A DNA stretch of 64,000 nt from Flectonema sp. DT1601 (taxonomy: Eukaryota): NCBI GenBank assembly GCA_964019425.1, contig OZ025782.1, positions 186,001 through 250,000 of the forward strand. Reading direction: 5' to 3'. Under the pieces are notes generated by a model that saw only the letters and a program-made list of their open reading frames with translations, was not told where the DNA came from and did no database searches. The position numbers and the translations under genes are program-made. Below are positions 1 to 8,646 of the stretch, one piece after another (positions within the stretch are counted from its first letter, which is position 1; the number at the start of each line of letters is the position of its first letter).

Positions 1-3000
1 TCACCACCAACATCACCCAACCTCTTCATACCAAGCACACCTGATGCTAGTAATATATCAAGGAAGTTTAATGACCAGTAATCAACCTTAATCTTTATCT
101 CATCATCAGTGCATTTATTTAATGTTGATATGGTCTTTGGTGTACTAGAGTATCCTCCACTTGGAATCTGAGATACTTTTATTTTAAACTCTCCGACTGG
201 ATTCTCAATAGGTGTTGTCATCTCTTGTGATTTGCTTATTGGTTTTTCTATAAAAGTTTTAACGCCCAGTGAAGTGATGTAATACCATGTACTGTGTTGG
301 TATTTCTCATTTATAATATTTTGAATCAGCTTCGACAAATCCACTACTATTTCACAATGAATAAATATAACGTCATCAATGAAACGGTTGAGATGGTCAG
401 ATGGAGAAAAGTCATTCTTCACATCAATCAAAACATACAGTTTACTACTAGCTGTCCAGTATTTATGAATATCTGATATGGTTGAAGAGCTAATTTTTAT
501 ACAATTAGACGGAGCAAACTCAATGAGTGAGTCTGTTGATGAAAATACAAAATTCTTTCTATCAGAAATCATCTGTTCATCCCTTGACAGTTCCTCAACA
601 GTACTCAATTGCTGTTTATTTATTTGATACTTTCTCGCTTGGTTGTCAGTTGTTGGGGCGCATTCAAATCCCCTCATTGTAATTACCTCATGTGATCGTC
701 CTTCCTTTTTGATTGAAAAGTCAACCTTCGTCGTACCATTAAACGCAAAAGGAGTTTTTTTAGCAAGAGTTATATACCTATTAACTGAATTGTTATTATC
801 AATTAAATATTCAGGTGTGTGAACAACCATTTCTTGGATACCAATAGGGATACCACTGCACTGCAAAACTGATGATAATTGCGTGCAGCAGTCAAGAGCA
901 GCAGCTGAAATAGGACCATTGCTATCAACATAGTCAACTATACTAGCTAAGAGTTCTGTGTTTGAGTTAACAATAACGTGATCAACTGCTTTAAATTCAC
1001 TAGTGTAGTGAAAGCCTTCGTTAGCAAGCAGTCTGTAGAGCTCTTCGTGTGACATCTTTGAAATTAGATTTGAAGCAGTGAAATTACTTTCAATCTGTTT
1101 CAAAGCTCCTAAGCGATCATCGTTAACACTCTTCTTGACATTTGAAGAAGTATACAGCTCAGCAGTGCAGTGTAATTTCTTGTTGTTTTTAACAGATGAA
1201 TGAATGCTAATGGTCGGTGGTGTTATCGATGTATCGATCTCACAGATTAATGATATCTGAGCATCGTTTTCTTTGTTATTCATCATCATCTCATAAGAAG
1301 GAATGTCTAATGCTTTTATAAAATTAATATTCCTCAAAGTAATGATGTCTGGAACTCTACCTCGATTCTTAAAATCAGAAATGACATCACAAAGCATGAC
1401 GTGTAACCAAAATGTTGCCGGTACGATCATTGATCCGTTGAATGTGTGCGATCGAAGATATGTCAATCCGCAGTGTTGCCAAGCATATGGATCATCTGTT
1501 CCGGGTAATTTCATTAAGTCTGAATGTTGTGGAGATAGGATGGAACTTGGCAGTGACAAAGCTCTTCCATACTTAACCCAGTCAATTATCTTTGTAACAC
1601 AAATAGTTGAATATTTACCAATAATGTTTGGAAGTAATTTCATAACAAAGTCAAGATCTTGAGTTCGATTTAAGAACATTTCTCCTTCCTCAGGTTTGAT
1701 GTTAAATCGTTCAGACATTCCAACTTCCCAACCTCCCCATTGAATTGAAATTACCAAAGCTGATGTTTTAGTAGTGTTTACGTGTTGCTTAGAATACGTG
1801 TCAATATAGCCGTTAGCTGCCGCATAGACACCCTGACCTGCCGGAGCGAATATCGAACTTGACGAACTACATAAGAATAAGTTAACTTGTTCATCACTTC
1901 CAAACACTGAAAGTAGATTTTGAACACCGTGAATCTTAGCAGCAACCTGTGATGTGAGTTTGTTGTTGTCTTGAGGGATGTTTTTAATAATTTGATCTGA
2001 CACAACACCCGCACAGTGGTACACTGAGACCTTTGAATTACAGCTGCTAACAGTTGAGTATAGTTTTATAATGTCTTCTTTACGAGACACGTCTCCAGTC
2101 AAGAATTCAATACCGTCTTGTTCCGACTGCCCAGATATCTTTTTACAAATCTCCTGCTTCGATTCCTGAGATAGAATCGTACGTCCCATTAAATATATTT
2201 TCGAAGCCATTCTATTCGTAAAAAACCACTTTGCGATTTCCAATCCCAATCCCATGGTACCACCTGTTATAGCGACTACTTGAGAACTGTCTACAGGCAG
2301 TGATTGATTTAATTGAGGGACTGCAGTTAGAGTTGGAGTATACCACTTGTTGTTAGCAGCGTCAAACATATATTCATCTGATGAATGGTTTAACAGTTTT
2401 AATTTATTTATAATTGTTGACAGTATATTAGGTTGATTGTTTTGTATTAGAATCCGAGACATTCTAACGCTATTAAATTCCTTTTGGACGACTCTTGAAA
2501 AAGCAACCAACGGAGCGTAGTGAGGATCACTAGCTGGAACTACAACAAATACCGTGACAGGTATGTCTTGTGCTGTGGACATCGCTCCTATCTTCTGCAC
2601 GAGTGTGATGAAAGTCCCCAGCAATGACGTTGTCTCAGCTGCTGTTGTCATTTCCGTTGAATGCAGACTTCCACTTATTACTAATGTTCGATATTTTTTA
2701 ACGAAATCCAACACATTAGTATCATCACAGCAAACAGCCCCGAGAGGGAAGTCTCTGTCGGCTGTTTGTTTTATGTAGTAAAGAGGTGTAATACACTGAT
2801 ACTGTTGAATGTTAGTATTAACAATGTCCGTGAGCATGTTGTTTATTTTATATTCGTACTCAACAACATCTGGTTGCTGATATAGATTCGTTTCCTGAGA
2901 TAGCACATGGTTGTTATCAATCTTTTTGGTTGGTGTTTCTGGCCAACAGAGTTGCCTGTCCCATGATGGAGGAGGTAGGTCAGTTATATGAAAGTTACCG

Positions 3001-6000
3001 GATTGATATTTATATTGCAAAACTTTTTCATAATCAAATACACATCCTGATGCCCACAACTGACCAATAGATGACCAAAACTCCGTTGATTCAAACTTTG
3101 AAGAATTCTCAGACGGTCTTGGAAGTACTGATGTTGTTGTTGACTTACAACTCTCACTGATACATCCTTTTAGAAGGGATGGTCCACATTCAATCACAGT
3201 GGCATTTTCAGGAATTAATCCTGCGGCTTTACTAAATAAGACTTTCTGAGTTAAATGATTAACCCAGTACTCAACAGAACACATTTTATCCACTGACAAT
3301 ACTGTACCAGTAACAGAAGATAATAACTCACACGAATGCACTGGTACACTGAATTCATTTTCTGAGAAGAATTCACGTAAGCTGTTAACTCCCTCAAGCA
3401 TTGCGGATGTGTGAAATGCGGTTTTTACGGCTAGCCTCTTACTGGTCCAAGGTTTATTATTTTTAGTAAAAGTCTCAGTGAGTGAGTCCAGAGCTGATGA
3501 GGGTCCTGCGATAACACTCCTGAGAGGTGAATTGATGCATGCGATTTCAACTTTTTGATCATTCCCGGAGTTGTATTCCGACACCAGAACCTCAACTTCG
3601 CTGATATCACTCCCAGCGACCGACAGCATTCCTAATGAAGTTCCCTCTGCGATTGAATCACTTATCTGTCCTCTCTTCTCAACAAATCGAAGAGCTGTTT
3701 GAAGACTAAAGACACCAACGATAGTAGCACAAACAATCTCACCTAACGAATGTCCTATTAAATGCGTTGGGTTGATATTAATTGATTCTTTTAGTAAGAT
3801 TGCTAAACAATACTCAACAGAAAATATAAGAAGTTGCTCATCTCTGTTGGTATCCGGAGTATGAGAGATTGACCTCCCCAATGCAGCTTCACAAGACTTA
3901 AATAACTCATCAAAAGCTGGAATTTCCCTTCTCAATTGAATACCCAAATTCCTGTAACAACCACCTTGTCCAGGAAAGCATAACACTAGTGTTTTTGAAG
4001 AAGTTTTTTCAGTGAAAAAAAATGAATTTTTAGAAGTGACCACAGCTCTAAAAGGATATGTTGGTCTTGTTGATAAAGTGTACTCTAAGTCAGCAAACCG
4101 AACATCCGTATCTAGTTTGTCGGAAAAGTAAAGAGATCTATACTGTTCACAACTTGCTTTCAACGCCTCTTTAGAATGAGAAGATAATAAAATAGTCGCC
4201 TTGTCTGACATATCGATTTCTGATCTGTCGTCAGAAGTAATACTCTCAGGTATGTATTCAGAACATATTAAGTGAACATTTGTACCACCGACACCAAAGC
4301 TTGATACTCCACAAGATCGTATTGATGTAGAAGGTACCTCCCAGTGTTCTGATTGTTTCTTAATTGAGATATTCTGCAACTCTGCTACAGGAGAACTGAA
4401 ATTAGCTGTCGGTAAAAGAGTTTTGTGATAAAGAGAAAGTGTTGCTTTGAGAAGACCAATACCACCCGCTGCAGTGTTCACATGTCCAACGTGACCTTTC
4501 ACGGAAGACAATGAGATGTTATTTGTTGGATATGAATCTTGAATAGCTGCAAGCTCAATAGGATCTCCGACTGCTGTACCAGTACCGTGTCCTTCAATCA
4601 TGGAAACGTTTCTTACTGTTTCGGTGTCAGTGTCTCTTTGTGCTTTTTTTATTGCTGTGACCTGACCAAGTCTTGATGGGGAATTGTAGCTGTGTTTTTG
4701 TCTTCCATCATTCGATATTCCGATACCCTTTATAACTGAGTATATACGATCACCATCTTCAATTGATTTATTTTTTGGTTTTAAGATAAACGCGACAGCG
4801 GCATTACCAGGGACAGTACCCGATCCTGTCTTATCGTATGGGTGACATTGACCTGTTACTGACCATACCATTCCTGGTTGATAATTATAACCTGCATCTT
4901 GTGGTACTTGAATAGAAGCAGCTGTTACAAGAGCTACATCACATTGATTATCTCTTAATGATGACACTGCCGTATGAATTGCAGTTAGAGCACTACTGCA
5001 AGCAGTTTGAATTGTTTGTGAAGGCCCACGTAGATCTAATAAATAAGAAATTCTCGTGGCGGTGTAATCTTTGTCATTTCCAACTTCTAATTCCCAATAC
5101 AGTGCTGGGTTATCAAATCTCATATTCAAAGTATCACCTCCCTTGTCTGTCATTATGTCTGTGAGATACTGTGGAAGACTTGCTCCTGCTGAGAATACTC
5201 CAACATTTCTGGTTGGATTCTGTCTAGTGTACGTCTGTGATTTCGAGTTACGCATACTTTTTGATGGTAGTCTATAAGCATATCCGGCATCAACTAACGC
5301 TTCGTATCCAACTTCACATACAATTCGTTGATTCGGATCCGTTAGTAGTATTTCTTCTTTTGATACTCCCCAAGCATTGCAATCAAAATGTGTTATGAAC
5401 TCTGCTGCCAGAAGAATACCTCTTTTCGGTTTCTTCTTAATAGGAACTGTTAAATCAGTACCTTTTTTAAGAGAATCGAAGACTGTTTTAATATTATTAC
5501 CTGAGAGTGTATTATCAGGCCATCTAACTGCAAGACCGATAATTGCAATATCTCTATCCAGTTTTGTGTTTAGAGGAAGGTCGTCTTGTTGAGATTGTTC
5601 TTTGTTAACAGATTTTGACGCTAGGAGTTCTCTCTGTGATCTGATTGTTAAATTATCCATGATGTCAGCAACACGAACTCCTATTGCTGCCGCGAGTTTT
5701 GTTATTATTAGAGAATGCCCTCCAATGTCGAATATTGTAACGTCATCACCGCAGTCAATAGCAGCTTCTCCAAGTAATTCTATCCATGCTGATAGAACGG
5801 CGTCTGCTTGATGAGGAATTTGATTTCTGTGATCGAATGGAGCAGCAATTCCTTCAATGATTGACCGTAACTGTCTAGTGTCTAACTTACCAGTTGGTGT
5901 TACTGGGAATGATGACATAATAAAGTAAGCTGAGGGAATATGCCACTCTGGCGATGTCTGTTTTAGAAACAAACTCAGCTCTCTAGCTACAGCTGGTTGT

Positions 6001-7391
6001 ACAGCTGTCGGTTCAGCAACTTCATCAAAAACTCTAAAACACCCAATTAATGAATCACTATCAGAACTAACTAACACAGCAGCATCAACAACCTGAGAAT
6101 GATTAATTATATTACTGGGTATCTGTCTAAGACTATTTTGTATTGATGCAATGTTTATTTTAAATCCTCTGACCTTAGCAGTTTGATTGAGTCTGCCTTT
6201 CAAAACGAATACGTTTTTAGGTCCAGATTCGGTTTCAATTCTTAACATCTCAACATGATCTGAAGTAAACCATGTTCTCCTTCCATTGTGATCACGAAAT
6301 GAGTTGTCAACCGAGCCTAAATAACAAGCATTGTTAGGTACACCAGATCCGGAAACTAGCAGTTCATCGTTTAGGATATTCATAGTAACTCTTGGTGTAA
6401 TAGGGTTGCCTACTGGACTGAATTTCATTCCAGTCGATATCAGTTTTTCAGTTATGAAAGGAGTAAGACAAAAAGCTGCAACATCACCAGCTTCTGTCGT
6501 CGATAACAAATTAACTATCAGCGTGTTGGGTAGAATCTCGTGAAGCATCTGAACTGTGTCCAACGGAAGACCTTCACCAGACATTACTAACATTTTCATA
6601 GTGTCTTTTATTGATGATAAATATTTATTTTGTGAAACAGCCCTAAGCAGTGATGGTGTAAAACAATCAATTCTTGTAGCCTTGTGTTCAGCGAGATACT
6701 CAACAAGCATCGTAGAATCAATAACGACATCATCGGGGATGATTAGAGTTCGTTGACCACAACAGAGAGCCATCCACCAATACCATAAAGGGAACATATT
6801 GACTGCTATTATGTCATTGTCATCCATTGGGAATTCTGTTTCTCTCCATCGTAGCATGTTAGATAGCTGCTCATGAACCATTATAACACCTTTTGGTTTG
6901 CCCGTTGACGTGCCTGTGGTCCAGTCGACAAACACCGCTGTGTTTGAATTTGGAACATATCTCTTGTCCATTGTTGAATTTGATTTAATCTTCATTAGCT
7001 CCACGACTGAGTGTCTTTCTATGTGGCAGTCGTCTGGGATGTTTTCTTCTTTAAAATGATCGTCGTGTAATAATAATTTTGGTTTCCATGTTTCACAAAT
7101 ATGTTTTCTTTGTATTAACGTACTTCGCTTATCAATCATTGTGAACGGTACTCCCGCAAATGAACATGCGAGACATGCAAGAATCCATTCAATACCTTTT
7201 TCACAACATATCGCAACATGAGTTCCTGAATCAGGTAACACTGATGATATTCGAACAGCAAGCCTAACTAATTCTTCATACGTTAATGTGATGTTTTTAT
7301 ATATTACTGCAGTTGATTTTGGGACTCGCTCTGCTGATTGTCTTATCAATGTCGGGAATGGTACCAACTCAGTGTACCCATCTTCTACCAT
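1..7391 (-). CDS. Hybrid NRPS-type I PKS, 3'-partial (A-T-KS-AT-KR-DH-ER..., >2460 aa, continues past window start)
   Basis: ATG at 7391 (MVEDGYTELVPF); the frame reaches base 1 with no stop seen, which explains its absence from the ORF track. A domain: LTYEEL, DWTTGTSTGKPKGV, GRLNQTAKVRGFKI, PVTPTGKLD. T domain: DIGGHSL (Ser ~5713). KS: NDKDY...QTACSS (Cys ~4999), HGTGT, KGHVGH. AT: FPGQG, GHSLG (~3748), TAFH. KR: ITGGTMGLG, HCAGV, YAAAN, IQWGGW. DH: HTFNGSMIVPA (His ~1447), LDCCTQ. ER start: SLNFLDILLASG. Confidence 0.93.
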   Translation of the reverse strand, partial: MVEDGYTELVPFPTLIRQSAERVPKSTAVIYKNITLTYEELVRLAVRISSVLPDSGTHVAICCEKGIEWILACLACSFAGVPFTMIDKRSTLIQRKHICETWKPKLLLHDDHFKEENIPDDCHIERHSVVELMKIKSNSTMDKRYVPNSNTAVFVDWTTGTSTGKPKGVIMVHEQLSNMLRWRETEFPMDDNDIIAVNMFPLWYWWMALCCGQRTLIIPDDVVIDSTMLVEYLAEHKATRIDCFTPSLLRAVSQNKYLSSIKDTMKMLVMSGEGLPLDTVQMLHEILPNTLIVNLLSTTEAGDVAAFCLTPFITEKLISTGMKFSPVGNPITPRVTMNILNDELLVSGSGVPNNACYLGSVDNSFRDHNGRRTWFTSDHVEMLRIETESGPKNVFVLKGRLNQTAKVRGFKINIASIQNSLRQIPSNIINHSQVVDAAVLVSSDSDSLIGCFRVFDEVAEPTAVQPAVARELSLFLKQTSPEWHIPSAYFIMSSFPVTPTGKLDTRQLRSIIEGIAAPFDHRNQIPHQADAVLSAWIELLGEAAIDCGDDVTIFDIGGHSLIITKLAAAIGVRVADIMDNLTIRSQRELLASKSVNKEQSQQDDLPLNTKLDRDIAIIGLAVRWPDNTLSGNNIKTVFDSLKKGTDLTVPIKKKPKRGILLAAEFITHFDCNAWGVSKEEILLTDPNQRIVCEVGYEALVDAGYAYRLPSKSMRNSKSQTYTRQNPTRNVGVFSAGASLPQYLTDIMTDKGGDTLNMRFDNPALYWELEVGNDKDYTATRISYLLDLRGPSQTIQTACSSALTAIHTAVSSLRDNQCDVALVTAASIQVPQDAGYNYQPGMVWSVTGQCHPYDKTGSGTVPGNAAVAFILKPKNKSIEDGDRIYSVIKGIGISNDGRQKHSYNSPSRLGQVTAIKKAQRDTDTETVRNVSMIEGHGTGTAVGDPIELAAIQDSYPTNNISLSSVKGHVGHVNTAAGGIGLLKATLSLYHKTLLPTANFSSPVAELQNISIKKQSEHWEVPSTSIRSCGVSSFGVGGTNVHLICSEYIPESITSDDRSEIDMSDKATILLSSHSKEALKASCEQYRSLYFSDKLDTDVRFADLEYTLSTRPTYPFRAVVTSKNSFFFTEKTSSKTLVLCFPGQGGCYRNLGIQLRREIPAFDELFKSCEAALGRSISHTPDTNRDEQLLIFSVEYCLAILLKESININPTHLIGHSLGEIVCATIVGVFSLQTALRFVEKRGQISDSIAEGTSLGMLSVAGSDISEVEVLVSEYNSGNDQKVEIACINSPLRSVIAGPSSALDSLTETFTKNNKPWTSKRLAVKTAFHTSAMLEGVNSLREFFSENEFSVPVHSCELLSSVTGTVLSVDKMCSVEYWVNHLTQKVLFSKAAGLIPENATVIECGPSLLKGCISESCKSTTTSVLPRPSENSSKFESTEFWSSIGQLWASGCVFDYEKVLQYKYQSGNFHITDLPPPSWDRQLCWPETPTKKIDNNHVLSQETNLYQQPDVVEYEYKINNMLTDIVNTNIQQYQCITPLYYIKQTADRDFPLGAVCCDDTNVLDFVKKYRTLVISGSLHSTEMTTAAETTSLLGTFITLVQKIGAMSTAQDIPVTVFVVVPASDPHYAPLVAFSRVVQKEFNSVRMSRILIQNNQPNILSTIINKLKLLNHSSDEYMFDAANNKWYTPTLTAVPQLNQSLPVDSSQVVAITGGTMGLGLEIAKWFFTNRMASKIYLMGRTILSQESKQEICKKISGQSEQDGIEFLTGDVSRKEDIIKLYSTVSSCNSKVSVYHCAGVVSDQIIKNIPQDNNKLTSQVAAKIHGVQNLLSVFGSDEQVNLFLCSSSSSIFAPAGQGVYAAANGYIDTYSKQHVNTTKTSALVISIQWGGWEVGMSERFNIKPEEGEMFLNRTQDLDFVMKLLPNIIGKYSTICVTKIIDWVKYGRALSLPSSILSPQHSDLMKLPGTDDPYAWQHCGLTYLRSHTFNGSMIVPATFWLHVMLCDVISDFKNRGRVPDIITLRNINFIKALDIPSYEMMMNNKENDAQISLICEIDTSITPPTISIHSSVKNNKKLHCTAELYTSSNVKKSVNDDRLGALKQIESNFTASNLISKMSHEELYRLLANEGFHYTSEFKAVDHVIVNSNTELLASIVDYVDSNGPISAAALDCCTQLSSVLQCSGIPIGIQEMVVHTPEYLIDNNNSVNRYITLAKKTPFAFNGTTKVDFSIKKEGRSHEVITMRGFECAPTTDNQARKYQINKQQLSTVEELSRDEQMISDRKNFVFSSTDSLIEFAPSNCIKISSSTISDIHKYWTASSKLYVLIDVKNDFSPSDHLNRFIDDVIFIHCEIVVDLSKLIQNIINEKYQHSTWYYITSLGVKTFIEKPISKSQEMTTPIENPVGEFKIKVSQIPSGGYSSTPKTISTLNKCTDDEIKIKVDYWSLNFLDILLASGVLGMKRLGDVGG

Positions 7392-7801
7392 ACCTTACGA
7401 TAGCTGTATAGAGAAGAGATAAAGTATGATCTTAGTATTGATCGAACATCATGATTACTTTCGTATTTAATTTTAAAAAAAAAATTGTGACGAAACATCA
7501 CATTAAGACAGCGGTTATGATTTGAAGCTTAGCGAAGAGAAGATTCAGATAAATGCCTGTTGTTCTTTTTTAACAAAGAAAACAAAATACATTATTAGGA
7601 TCTTTAGTTTTACATTACGACAACTACAAGAAAAAAGGCCGATTAAACTAACAAAAAAAAAAAAAAAAAAAAAAAAACCGAAACAGAAAAAAACACAAAA
7701 AATAATTTTAAAAGAGCGGCACTGCAAACAGAAGGAAGGTAACTCCTTCAAATTCGGAGCTGCATAATTTCTAAAGGGTGAATATCTAAAAATCGATCAC
7801 G

Positions 7802-8284
7802 CTATGACCCAACACACATCAGAACACAAGATCCCATACATGATTTAAAAGCATCTCTTCCATAAGGAACGTACGATAATGTGTACCAAGCTTGTGATAT
7901 AAAGAAAGCAGTGCAGGTTACAGTTATTAGAAATGAGGAACTACTTCCAACCAATCCAATATATAAAGTAACAATAAGAGATGTGAGGAATGTTAGGCTC
8001 GCACAGCGACGATCTTTTGCTGATATCGCATTAAAAGTTTTCTCCCAAGAGATTGCACATGATCCGCCTATTGTAAACAGAGATGACAAAGCAGACATGA
8101 CTGCGAAACTACCAACTCGTCCCTCTCTTGCACTGAGCCATCCAAGAATGGTACATAACAATGACATTCCTAAGCACATTAGACCGACATAAACCTTTTC
8201 ACTCCAATCGCTAAGTATATACCAACGATCAGAATAATTGTCTTCATCATCATCTCCAACCCAGAGTCTGCTTCCCTCATCCAT
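7802..8284 (-). CDS. SFT2/Got1-family vesicle transport membrane protein
   Basis: 160 aa with about 4 hydrophobic segments; C-terminal QAWYTLSYVPYGRDAFKSC matches the SFT2 WYxLSYIPxxR signature. Confidence 0.8.
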   Translation of the reverse strand: MDEGSRLWVGDDDEDNYSDRWYILSDWSEKVYVGLMCLGMSLLCTILGWLSAREGRVGSFAVMSALSSLFTIGGSCAISWEKTFNAISAKDRRCASLTFLTSLIVTLYIGLVGSSSSFLITVTCTAFFISQAWYTLSYVPYGRDAFKSCMGSCVLMCVGS

Positions 8285-8646
8285 TTTATAAATAAACTGT
8301 TCAACGATGTAAGGTAACAGTATACGAATTGAAAAAATTGCAGTTTTTTTTTTTTTTTTTTTTTTAATTTCTACCTAAGGACAATACATTTATAAAAAAA
8401 AAAACAATCTAAATTAATTCGAGAAATAATAAGGTTGAGAATTCTTTTCTCAGATAATGTTATTAAAGAAAACTACTATCAATAAACCAAGCAGGTACAA
8501 GATATAAATAAAAAGGGAAAGCATTTGAACTCTGACGAACGTCTTTTCGCTTCGACACCAGAATTCCAAAGAAAGAAGGATTATATTTCTCTAAACTAGC
8601 TGTACAGAATGGCCAAAACAGATATTTCGCAAATTTGGATAACTTC

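Noticed and set aside
294..6756. Short track ORFs within 1-7391
   Set aside because: They are antisense or off-frame shadows of the NRPS-PKS frame.
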